Assembly: GCA_007693605.1 (NCBI GenBank)
Contig: REDG01000035.1
Coordinates: 51,437 to 71,436, forward strand
DNA from: Bradymonadales bacterium
Lineage (GTDB): Bacteria > Bdellovibrionota > UBA2394
Length of the DNA: 20,000 nucleotides
Reading direction: 5' to 3'
The notes beneath the pieces are model-generated. The model worked only from the letters and a program-made list of their open reading frames with translations, did not search any database and was not told where the DNA came from. How positions within the stretch are numbered: position 1 is the first letter of the stretch; every line of letters starts with the position of its first letter. The position numbers were made by a program, and so were the translations under genes. Positions 9,077 to 17,116 of this stretch are shown piece by piece.

Positions 9077-9232
9077 GCATGAGTTCTGGAAGCATCCGCT
9101 GGGGACCGCCTAGAATGCCAAACAACTTCGATAACATCCAGGGCCCGCTCCTCCTCGCGCCAACGACTTTTTACTTCGCTTCCCAGTCCAGCCGCTCGGA
9201 GAGCCCCATCGGCTGTCTTCCATAACTCATGC
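9077..9232. repeat. 156-bp element bounded by 28/29-bp imperfect inverted repeats
   Basis: GCATGAGTTCTGGAAG-CATCCGCTGGGG (9077-9104) versus the reverse complement of 9204-9232, GCATGAGTTATGGAAGACAGCCGATGGGG: 25 of 28 match with one indel. Confidence 0.8.
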
Positions 9233-9322
9233 CACCCAGCCCTAGCCAGCGCTCGATCTACCACTTCTTTCTTGTGATGGGAATGTTGAGGGGCTTCGAA
9301 TCAGCTCTCAAGTGATTTGCAT

Positions 9323-9351
9323 TTGCTCTTTCTCTCGAAATTTCGCATCTT
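9323..9351 (+). promoter_or_regulatory. Putative promoter for the PilZ-like gene and xth (leaderless geometry)
   Basis: TTGCTC (9323-9328), 17 bp, CATCTT (9346-9351), 6 nt, ATG 9358; no SD. Confidence 0.35.
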
Positions 9352-9357
9352 AACGGC

Positions 9358-9927
9358 ATGTCGCAACAAGAAGCCCCCTCTTCGTTTATGGTCCCGGCGA
9401 CCATTCAAGGTGTTTTTGAGGAGTTAAAAACCGAAGACCAGAGGTTGAGCCGAGAAAGGGACTTTTCTCGGCCCTCACCCTTCTCGGCCATGCGGCTCGC
9501 TCTAGAGACTCAGATTCAGTCCGGAGACTTTGGTTCTAAAGATAAAGAGCTCGTGATTCGAGCCTTCGAGATTCTTTTGAGCATTGAACAGCGGACGGCT
9601 CGTATCGAAGAGTTTTTATTGAAAAGAGAGAGGGGTGAAAAGACGCCTTTGTTTCAGTGGCTGTCGGTGAAACTCAGCGGAGAGGCCTGTGTGCTTCAGC
9701 TCTCGGATCGACCCCGATTTAAGGTCGGGGCTCTGTTTTGGTTAGACTTTTTGCTCCCCTCTGTTCCAGAATATCGAATTCGATGTATTGCGGAACTGGC
9801 CTCTCAGGTGGAGTGCGACTATCAACTTGTTTTTAGACAGATTCATCCCGAAGATCAGGAACAGATCTATCGCTTTGTGAGACAGCGAGAGCGAGAGATC
9901 ATTCGTCAAAAATCTCCTCGCGTATGA
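9358..9927 (+). CDS. Degenerate PilZ-like domain protein
   Basis: Coiled segment ILLSIEQRTARIEEFL, then VKLSGEA where PilZ has (D/N)xSxxG, beta-strands, and C-terminal VFRQIHPEDQEQIYRFVRQRERE typical of PilZ ends. Confidence 0.6.
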   Translation: MSQQEAPSSFMVPATIQGVFEELKTEDQRLSRERDFSRPSPFSAMRLALETQIQSGDFGSKDKELVIRAFEILLSIEQRTARIEEFLLKRERGEKTPLFQWLSVKLSGEACVLQLSDRPRFKVGALFWLDFLLPSVPEYRIRCIAELASQVECDYQLVFRQIHPEDQEQIYRFVRQREREIIRQKSPRV

Positions 9928-10685
9928 AGATTCTTTCTTGGAATGTGAACGGCTTTCGAGCGGCTTGTAAAAAGGGCCTGGTGCAGACACTTCAAGACAT
10001 CAAACCAGACATTGCCGGAATTCAGGAGCTCAAGGCTTATCGTGAGCAGTGTGAAGACTTCTCTGCGGCCTCTCTCGACTACCGAGAAGATTGGCACTCG
10101 GCCGAGAGGCCCGGCTACAGTGGGGTAGGGCTGTTCTGGCGAGGGCCGGAGTCTTGGAAGGCGACCTCCGGAATGGGCCTGAGCGAAGTCGATCGAGAGG
10201 GGCGGGTGCAAATCTTAGAGACCGAGGATCTATCCCTTGTGAATGTCTATGTGCCCAACGGTGCAGCGAGTGAGGAGCGACATTTTTTTAAAATGGAGTT
10301 TTTGGATCAATTCCTCGAGTGGTTGCGCGCTTTAGATCAAAAGAAGCCTGTCGTTTTGTTTGGAGATCTGAATATTGCCCATCGTGAAATCGACATCCAC
10401 GACCCCGTTCGTTTAGATGGCACCAGTGGTTTTAAGCCGGAAGAGAGGGATTGGGTGACAAAGCTTCTGAAGGCAGGCTTTGTAGACGCCTTTCGAGAAA
10501 AGCATCCCGAAGCCCGAGACGAATACAGTTGGTGGTCCTATCGGGCGGGGGCTCGGCAGAGAAACAAGGGTTGGAGAATTGACTACTTTGTTGTTTCTGA
10601 ACGAATCCGAAATCGAATCAAGCGCATCGAGATGGCTCAACAAATTACAGGCTCCGATCACTGCCCTTTGATTTTAGAGATCTGA
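9924..10685 (+). CDS. xth: Exodeoxyribonuclease III / AP endonuclease
   Basis: SWNVNG, QELKA, GYSGV, NVYVPNG, GDLNIAH, WWSYR, GWRIDY, SDHCP. Confidence 0.98.
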   Translation: MKILSWNVNGFRAACKKGLVQTLQDIKPDIAGIQELKAYREQCEDFSAASLDYREDWHSAERPGYSGVGLFWRGPESWKATSGMGLSEVDREGRVQILETEDLSLVNVYVPNGAASEERHFFKMEFLDQFLEWLRALDQKKPVVLFGDLNIAHREIDIHDPVRLDGTSGFKPEERDWVTKLLKAGFVDAFREKHPEARDEYSWWSYRAGARQRNKGWRIDYFVVSERIRNRIKRIEMAQQITGSDHCPLILEI

Positions 10686-10706
10686 AGCAGCATCGGGCTG
10701 CCTTCA
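10683..10706 (+). terminator. Hairpin at the xth stop, possible weak terminator
   Basis: TGAA-GCAGC atcgg GCTGC-c-TTCA followed by TTCT. Confidence 0.35.
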
Positions 10707-10723
10707 TTCTGAGGCTTGGTCGG

Positions 10724-10897
10724 GACATTCCTCACAGCAGAGTCTGGGAAATGGGCAAAATCAGCAGCTTTCGGGAGTCTTTGTCGCAGTTGGAGGGACA
10801 TCTCGAAACGGTCAAAGCCGGCTTTCATGAAGATGATGTCCATGCGGTAAAGCTGTTTGATCTTCAGTAGTCTGTTTTAGGCTTTCCTGAGGGTGTC
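10724..10897 (+). ncRNA. ~174-nt rod-like candidate ncRNA between convergent xth and spoVR
   Basis: Nested stems 10724-34/10888-97, 10736-41/10871-76, 10744-48/10863-67, 10760-71/10849-61, 10785-88/10843-46, 10796-802/10835-41. Wobbles favour the + strand. Confidence 0.4.
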
Positions 10898-10929
10898 GTA
10901 AAGTAGTGCCATCTGCCTTGTCAACCTCG

Positions 10930-12465
10930 CTAGTCTGGCACTTCCGTCTCCCGACCCCATCCATCAGTATAGGCCTCTTCTTTTGGGAGGTTCTTTTCGC
11001 TGAGTTCCTTGCCATCAAAGCTGAGGAGCTTGAACTGATCTTGAAGCTGGGTTTGGATGTGTACAGGGCGGCGCCAGCAGTGGAACAAAGTCTTCAGACT
11101 CTCTTTGGCCGTGGCGAGCTTGAGTTCGGCCCCTTCAAATCGATGCCATAGGTAAAGCTCCCCGCGATTTTGATAGTTGCCGTCGACTACAAAAATAAAG
11201 GGAGAACCCCGATTCGTGAGTTGAAACAAGAGTTGCTGTTTAATCTTTTCAAACTCTCGAGACGCAATTTCGTACTCATTAGACTTAGGATTCAAGGCGA
11301 AGGTGAAAAGTTTGTGCTCTTGGCAAAACTCTGGAGTCAAAAACTCATCAATAAACATTAAATCATTGTAAACTTTTCGAACCTCAAAGATCTTCTTTCG
11401 ACCTAGATTGGTTTCTTTGTTCCAGGCCTTTTTCTCTGCAATGTTCTCACAGTTGTCGTAGTCCGTTCCAAATCGACCCATATCCCATCGTTCTTCAATA
11501 TGTCGAAAAAGCTCAATGCCGATCTTATAGGGATTAAATCGACCTCCTGCCATCGACATGGTGCCCGCGTGAGAGTTTGCATAGTCGACAATCTCAGAGT
11601 CTTCTAGCTTGTGCTTTGTCATGATGGTCGAGTGCCAATAGCTCGCCCACCCCTCATTCATGATCTTTGTTTGAGCCTGTGGAAGGAAATAATAAGCTTC
11701 CTCTCGAATGATACTCAGCACCTCTCGCTCCCAATTTTCCAAAGGGGCGTACTGAATCAAAAAAGCCAGGACATCTTGAACCGGTCTCTGGGGAATCTTT
11801 CTCTTCTCCTCATGCTCCTGTAGAAGCTTCTTTCTTTGCTCTGCCAAGAACTCTGGAGGGTTAATGTATTTCTCCATATAGTCCTTCGCTTTCAACTTGG
11901 CGACTGGGAGTCGAGAGGGATCCACATCATAGGCTGAAGCCTCTTGAGCGGACTCAACCGGAAAGTTCGCTCTTGGGTCAATCAGGTTGTCGATGGTGAG
12001 GCAAAGGTCGATGAAGCTTTCCACTCGTTCGGCACCAATGTTCTCGACGAAACGACGGATCTGAACGGCGTGGTTAGCCATCATATCAATCGCCTTTCGA
12101 TTCGTCGTCCCAAAGTAAGCATTGTTCTTAAAAAAATCGGCATGTCCGTAGACATGCGCCATCACGAGCTTCTGATCCATTAGGCTATTGCCCCGCATCA
12201 GATAAGCGACTACGGGATCATTGTTAATGACCATTTCGTAGATTTTAGAGAGTCCGTAGTGGTGGCTCTTCGAAAGCCGCTCATACTCCATCCCAAAGCT
12301 CCAGTGGGGGTAGCGGGTCGGAAAGCCCCCGTAGGATGCGAGCTGATTCATGACATCATAGTCGACGATCTCAAAAATCGTGGTATAAAAGTCGAGGCCG
12401 TAGTTGGAGGCAATTTTTTCAATTTCCTCCTTATGCAAAGCCAGCTCGCGAGGAAGATCCGACAT
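10930..12465 (-). CDS. spoVR: SpoVR/YcgB-family protein
   Basis: GGFPTRYPHWSFG, KIYEMVINNDP, MAHVYGHADFFKNN, TKIMNEGWASYWH, NPYKIG; third gene of the prkA-yeaH-spoVR operon. Confidence 0.96.
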   Translation of the reverse strand: MSDLPRELALHKEEIEKIASNYGLDFYTTIFEIVDYDVMNQLASYGGFPTRYPHWSFGMEYERLSKSHHYGLSKIYEMVINNDPVVAYLMRGNSLMDQKLVMAHVYGHADFFKNNAYFGTTNRKAIDMMANHAVQIRRFVENIGAERVESFIDLCLTIDNLIDPRANFPVESAQEASAYDVDPSRLPVAKLKAKDYMEKYINPPEFLAEQRKKLLQEHEEKRKIPQRPVQDVLAFLIQYAPLENWEREVLSIIREEAYYFLPQAQTKIMNEGWASYWHSTIMTKHKLEDSEIVDYANSHAGTMSMAGGRFNPYKIGIELFRHIEERWDMGRFGTDYDNCENIAEKKAWNKETNLGRKKIFEVRKVYNDLMFIDEFLTPEFCQEHKLFTFALNPKSNEYEIASREFEKIKQQLLFQLTNRGSPFIFVVDGNYQNRGELYLWHRFEGAELKLATAKESLKTLFHCWRRPVHIQTQLQDQFKLLSFDGKELSEKNLPKEEAYTDGWGRETEVPD

Positions 12466-12512
12466 CTTGTCTTCATTGTATCGAAATATGGCGCTCCTGT
12501 CCCAACAAAGCG

Positions 12513-13631
12513 TTATAGGCCTTTTTTTAGGAACTCCTTGATGGAATCGTAGATCGCTTCTCGGTTGGGGATTCGGGTGGCGACGATCTTTTCAGAGCTC
12601 GAGTCAGACGCTTGAAATCGCTCCGTGAGGTCTCGATAGAACTGTCCGCTGCCGTAAAGGCTCTCCACCTGACCATAGGCAAAGAGGTTCGAAACGGGCA
12701 GAAGCTTCTTTTCAAGGAGTTCAAAGCACTTTTTAGAGTCATCAGCGCTCCAGTTGTCTCCGTCAGAGAAGTGAAAGAGGTAAACATTCCACTGCTCGGG
12801 CGGAAACTCCCGCTCAATGAGTTCGAGTGCCTTCACATAGGCAGAAGAAATGATGGTTCCACCAGACTCACGGGTTGAGAAAAAGGTCTCTCGATCCACT
12901 TCGTGCGCGACGGCATCATGAACAATAAATCGAGTCTCTAGACCCTTGTATTGAGACCGCAGCCAAGTATCGATCCAAAAGCTCTGAGTTCGGACAATAG
13001 ACTTTTGTTCGTCTCCCATCGAGCCGGAAACATCCATCATAAAAATGATGACGGCACTATTGTTTTCGACCGGAAGCTCTTTGTAAGAGCGATAGCGAAA
13101 GTCTCGAGACTGGGGAATGATGCTTGGGTCTAAGGGATCATAGTCGGCCATTGAAATCTGCCGCTTGAGGGCTTCTTTGTAAGTTCTTCTGAAGTGCAAG
13201 AGTGACTTGGGCCCCAGGTTGTGAACCGAAGTGTAACGGCTCTTCTGAGCTAAGATATTCTTGTCCCCCTTGGGTTGAATTCGCGGAAGTCCCAACTCCT
13301 CGCCGAGCATTTCTGCCATTTCTTCTAATGTGACATCGACCTCTTGGATGTGCGTGCCGGCTGCATTTCCAGCCTTGCCCCCACCGTCGCCATCTTCGGG
13401 TTGGCCAACGGAGTCTCCTTCTTTGCCGTCTCCGGAGCCCACACCGCTTTGCTCATTCTTTCCGAACTCAAAGTGGGGGAGGTCGATGGTGGGCATGGGA
13501 ATGCTGATATAGCGCCCCCCCTTTACTCCCAAAGATTCAGCGTTGGAGATATACTTCCTGAGATCTTTCTTGACCTTGCCTTTGATGATATTCCGAAAGC
13601 GGGCGTGATCAGTTGTGATTTTTAAATACAA
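12513..13631 (-). CDS. yeaH: YeaH/YhbH (DUF444) VWA-type protein
   Basis: Gly-rich linker, LGLPRIQPK, MIDAS-like MMDVSGSM, RESGGTIISSAY, FHFSDGDNW. TTG start preceded by SD GGGAG. Confidence 0.93.
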   Translation of the reverse strand: MYLKITTDHARFRNIIKGKVKKDLRKYISNAESLGVKGGRYISIPMPTIDLPHFEFGKNEQSGVGSGDGKEGDSVGQPEDGDGGGKAGNAAGTHIQEVDVTLEEMAEMLGEELGLPRIQPKGDKNILAQKSRYTSVHNLGPKSLLHFRRTYKEALKRQISMADYDPLDPSIIPQSRDFRYRSYKELPVENNSAVIIFMMDVSGSMGDEQKSIVRTQSFWIDTWLRSQYKGLETRFIVHDAVAHEVDRETFFSTRESGGTIISSAYVKALELIEREFPPEQWNVYLFHFSDGDNWSADDSKKCFELLEKKLLPVSNLFAYGQVESLYGSGQFYRDLTERFQASDSSSEKIVATRIPNREAIYDSIKEFLKKGL

Positions 13632-13655
13632 GAGAGATCTCCCGACTAAAGAATT

Positions 13656-15749
13656 TTAAGATTTGTCTTTCACATCACCTCGAGCAAAGATCGAAGCAAC
13701 GAAGTTCAACACATCGGTTGCGCTCTCGTCATTGTAGCCAAAGTTTCGAATCAATCGCTCCTTAACGACATCAATCTTCTGTTGAGTCTCTTTGTCGACG
13801 ACATTGCTCACTAAGTTGGTCAGCTTGATCGAGTCTTTCTGGTCTTCAAAGAGTTTAAGCTCCAAAGCCTTATGGAGCCTCTCATTCGTTTTATAGTTGA
13901 AGGTTTTTCCTTCAACAGCGAGGGCACCAATATAGTTCATAATCTCTCGACGGAAGTCGTCTTTTCTCGACTCAGGAATGTCGATTTTACTTTCAATCGA
14001 TCGCATGAACTTCTCGTCGGGCTCCTCATACTGTCCAGTGAATTTGTTCTTTACCTTTTCTTTTTGAGTGTAGGCTTTTACGGCGTCGATGTAGTTTGAG
14101 CAGAGCTTGGTGATCGAGTCTTCATCGGCAGAGATCGCTCGTTGCACCTCGTTCTTTACAATATCTTCGTATTCTTGTCGTACTAGGGTCAGAATCTCTC
14201 TGAGGCGTTTTTTTAGGTCTTCGTTAGCAATCAGACTATGGTTTTTCAGCCCCCCTTCAAGCTCGTTCAGGACGATAAAGGGGTTGATAGAATTGGCCTC
14301 ATTGGACACCAAAGCGTTGCTGATTTTGTCCTGAATATATCGTGGCGAGATGCCGTCCAGACCCTCTCGTTTCGCCTCTTTTCGCAGCTCTTTGATATTG
14401 TCTTCGGTAAAGCCCGGCAGGCTTCGGCCATCATAGAGCTTCAGTTTTTGCATCAGGGTAAGGTTGGCTTTGCTCGGATCTTCTAGCCGAGTCAGAACCG
14501 CCCACATGGCGGCCATTTCAAGTGTATGAGGGGCGATATGCTTTCCTTTCACTCGCTCCGTATTGTAGTCCTTTTTGTAGACTCGAATCTCTTCGGTCCA
14601 CTTGGTGATATAGGGGATGTCAATCTTGATCGTCCGATCGCGAAGAGCCTCCATAAACTCATTGTTTTGAAGCTTTCGATACTCGGGTTCGTTCGTGTGG
14701 CCAATGATGACCTCGTCAATATCGGTCTGCGCAAACTTCTTGGGTTTAATTTTGTGCTCTTGGCTGGCGCCCAACAAGTCATAAAGAAAGGCGACATCCA
14801 GTTTCAAGACCTCGATGAACTCGATCAGCCCGCGGTTGGCGACATTGAACTCCCCATCGAAATTGAAAGCTCGGGGGTCAGAGTCACTGCCAAACATCGC
14901 AATCTTTCGATAGTTCAAGTCTCCGGTGAGTTCCGTTGAATCTTGATTCTTTTCATCTTTCGGCTGAAAGGTGGCAACCCCCGCCCGATTCTTCTCAGAA
15001 ATTTCCATTCTCTTGACGACCACATTCTCCAAAACTTTTCGGTAGTCTCCGCCGTAGTGATCCAAAAGAACCCCATAAATGAAGCGACAGAAGGGGTTGA
15101 GCTCTCCCTCAATGCGCAAAGCGTCTTCGCTCGACCGACCCGCATTGATCTTGGCCAGAATGGGATCGCGAAGCTCCTTGGGCAAAAGCTTCAAGGGCTC
15201 TTCATTCATGGGGCAAGCCACTTCGGTGACCCCCTCGCCCAAGAGTGGTTTGCCTTCAAACAGAATCGGCTCCTTCAGCTTCCAAGAGTAGGTGTAGAGA
15301 CGGCCCTCGGGCTTGCGAGAGTAAGATTCGAGCCCCTTTTTGATCAGTCGAACAATCGTGGACTTCGAGCTGCCCACGGGGCCGTGAAGCAGAATGACCC
15401 GTTTGTCGGCGCCGTATCCTTTGGCGGCCGACTTAAAGACACTCACCAACTTCATCAGTGGAATATCAAGGCCAAAAATCGCGTCTCGACCCCCATCATC
15501 GGGGTCATCAAAAAAATTGTAGTGGATGATGGGTTTCTTGGCGTCGATATATTCTTTTGTGCCGTACGACAAAATCATGTCGTAGAGTCTCTGATGAGCG
15601 TTTCTCAAAAGCCTTGGGTCTTCTTCCACCAACTTGAGGTAGTCCCAATAGCTCCCCGTCCATCGAAGGGCCTTGAAAGCCTCTACCTGTTTGGTGTCCG
15701 ATAAGATTTTTTCAATTTCAGATGACCATCCTTGCTCGTGTTGACTCAT
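13656..15749 (-). CDS. prkA: PrkA/YeaG-family AAA+ ATPase (annotated serine kinase), 697 aa
   Basis: [11 protein letters not shown], Walker [55 protein letters not shown]. The ATG at 15749 has SD GAGGG 7 nt upstream; the ORF-track extension to 15872 covers the promoter. Confidence 0.96.
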   Translation of the reverse strand: MSQHEQGWSSEIEKILSDTKQVEAFKALRWTGSYWDYLKLVEEDPRLLRNAHQRLYDMILSYGTKEYIDAKKPIIHYNFFDDPDDGGRDAIFGLDIPLMKLVSVFKSAAKGYGADKRVILLHGPVGSSKSTIVRLIKKGLESYSRKPEGRLYTYSWKLKEPILFEGKPLLGEGVTEVACPMNEEPLKLLPKELRDPILAKINAGRSSEDALRIEGELNPFCRFIYGVLLDHYGGDYRKVLENVVVKRMEISEKNRAGVATFQPKDEKNQDSTELTGDLNYRKIAMFGSDSDPRAFNFDGEFNVANRGLIEFIEVLKLDVAFLYDLLGASQEHKIKPKKFAQTDIDEVIIGHTNEPEYRKLQNNEFMEALRDRTIKIDIPYITKWTEEIRVYKKDYNTERVKGKHIAPHTLEMAAMWAVLTRLEDPSKANLTLMQKLKLYDGRSLPGFTEDNIKELRKEAKREGLDGISPRYIQDKISNALVSNEANSINPFIVLNELEGGLKNHSLIANEDLKKRLREILTLVRQEYEDIVKNEVQRAISADEDSITKLCSNYIDAVKAYTQKEKVKNKFTGQYEEPDEKFMRSIESKIDIPESRKDDFRREIMNYIGALAVEGKTFNYKTNERLHKALELKLFEDQKDSIKLTNLVSNVVDKETQQKIDVVKERLIRNFGYNDESATDVLNFVASIFARGDVKDKS

Positions 15750-15825
15750 ATTGCGACCCTCGCTTTTGGATTTGTCGATGAGGTCGATGCAGAGCGAGCT
15801 GTTCGCTCTATCGAACCCACAGCCT

Positions 15826-15854
15826 ATTATCTCTCGAATGGCTCGCTTAGTCAA
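15826..15854 (-). promoter_or_regulatory. Sigma70-type promoter of the prkA operon
   Basis: Minus strand TTGACT (15854-15849), 17 bp, GATAAT (15831-15826). Confidence 0.6.
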
Positions 15855-15881
15855 AAAGCTCAAAGATCTCAAGATATTGGA

Positions 15882-15911
15882 TTGACACAGGGCTCAAAGT
15901 CACCGCAAACT
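15882..15911 (+). promoter_or_regulatory. Putative promoter of the HU gene, divergent from prkA
   Basis: TTGACA (15882-15887), 18 bp, CAAACT (weak -10). SD GGAGGA at 15940-15945. Confidence 0.45.
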
Positions 15912-15949
15912 GGGCCCAGATCGTAACTAGAGAACCTTGGGAGGAATTC

Positions 15950-16234
15950 ATGACTAAAGCAGAACTGGTAAACAATATTGCAAAGCACAACCCGGAAGTC
16001 TCAAAAAGACTCATTGGAGAGATTTTGGATGACGCTTTCGATAATTTGGCAAAGGGAATCAAGAAGGATAAGCGATTTACTTATCCCGGCTTTGGCACTT
16101 GGACAATGAAGACTCGAAAGGCACGAAAAGGGGTGAATCCTCAGACGGGCCAGAGAATCACGATTAAGGCGTCAAAGACTTGTACTTTCAAGCCAAGTAT
16201 TGAGTTCAAAAAGAACTTGAATCGAGCGAAGTAA
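15950..16234 (+). CDS. hup: HU-family DNA-binding protein
   Basis: MTKAELV, PGFGTW, RKARKGVNPQTG, FKPS; 94 aa, basic, strong SD. Confidence 0.96.
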   Translation: MTKAELVNNIAKHNPEVSKRLIGEILDDAFDNLAKGIKKDKRFTYPGFGTWTMKTRKARKGVNPQTGQRITIKASKTCTFKPSIEFKKNLNRAK

Positions 16235-16257
16235 AACCGTTCGAACTTTTCAAAGGG

Positions 16258-16296
16258 AAGAGCCCGAGGTGCTTGAAATCTCGGGCTTTTTTCTTT
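16258..16296 (+). terminator. Rho-independent terminator of hup
   Basis: AGCCCGAG (16261-16268), 11-nt loop, CTCGGGCT (16280-16287), then TTTTTCTTT. Confidence 0.85.
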
Positions 16297-16423
16297 GATG
16301 AGAGTGTCGCCAGGTTCCTGATGAGCGCCAGCCCCCTGTCTCCTTGGCCTTCGGCCCTCTGAACAAATTGGTGCAGTTTTTTGAGAGAGTCGATTTTTTC
16401 GCGAACTCTGACAATGATAGGGA

Positions 16424-17116
16424 ATGTCGAGTTTGCCATCGGAGTCTTGGTCGGTTTTTTCGGATTTTGATGGAACGATCAGCCAGCAAGATAGCCTGAA
16501 GCTCCTGTTTCAAGAGGCCTTGGGCTCTTCTTGGTTGAGTCTAGAAGGACAGATCGAAAGCTCTGAGATCTCTGAACGAGAGGCCGTCAAAGAAGCCGTC
16601 AAGAGGATGTACTGGACTTGGCCAGAAACTCAAAGCTGGCTCCTCGAAAACATCTCGATTGACCCTGGCTTTGCTTCTTTCTACGAGACTTTGACATCGG
16701 AGGGCGTTTCATTTGTGATTTTGAGCGGCGGCTTTCAGAACTTCATTGAGGCCTTGTTTGAAAGGGAGGGTCTGAAGATTCCTAGCATTCGGGCCAATCG
16801 GTTGGAGTGGCAAGGTCGAAAGTGGAAGCTTCTTGAGGTCCAAGGCCCTCGGCTGTGTGATCGATTCTCTCACTGCAAATGTGTGAGTCTGATGCAACTC
16901 AAGTCAGGCCGCAGTCTTTATATTGGGGATGGCTATACCGATTTTTGTCCGGTAGAGAAGATGGACTTTGTACTCGCCAAGTCGAAGTTAAAGTCCTACT
17001 GCGAAGATCAAAAGATTCCTTATTTTGGCTTTTCTGACTTTTATGATGTGGAAGCCGTTTGGGACAGCCTCAGAACCGATACTGAGCTCCCAGCCCAAGG
17101 CTCACAAGTCGGCTAG
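16424..17116 (+). CDS. HAD-IB phosphatase, MtnX-like
   Basis: Motif I DFDGT, motif II LSGG, motif III CK, motif IV GDGYTD, and Cys cluster CDRFSHCKC. Confidence 0.85.
   Translation: MSSLPSESWSVFSDFDGTISQQDSLKLLFQEALGSSWLSLEGQIESSEISEREAVKEAVKRMYWTWPETQSWLLENISIDPGFASFYETLTSEGVSFVILSGGFQNFIEALFEREGLKIPSIRANRLEWQGRKWKLLEVQGPRLCDRFSHCKCVSLMQLKSGRSLYIGDGYTDFCPVEKMDFVLAKSKLKSYCEDQKIPYFGFSDFYDVEAVWDSLRTDTELPAQGSQVG

Noticed and set aside
9067..9264. 65-aa minus-strand ORF as a real gene or type I toxin
   Set aside because: GTG start without a clear SD, no TM helix or recognisable motif, and it overlies the inverted-repeat element.
14943..15704. Long antisense ORFs (253 aa here; also 627-1286, 7388-7828, 7883-8368 and others)
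   Set aside because: Shadow frames opposite well-conserved genes, with no recognisable motifs.
15793..15847. 13-bp alternative stem suggesting a riboswitch-like three-way switch before prkA
   Set aside because: Its distal arm (15835-15847) lies in the spacer of the predicted promoter and would not be transcribed.
15750..15872. N-terminal extensions in the ORF track for prkA, gap (2759), pgk (3805) and the HTH gene (2189)
   Set aside because: They overlap promoter boxes or upstream genes; downstream ATGs have an SD, leaderless geometry or ATGA coupling.
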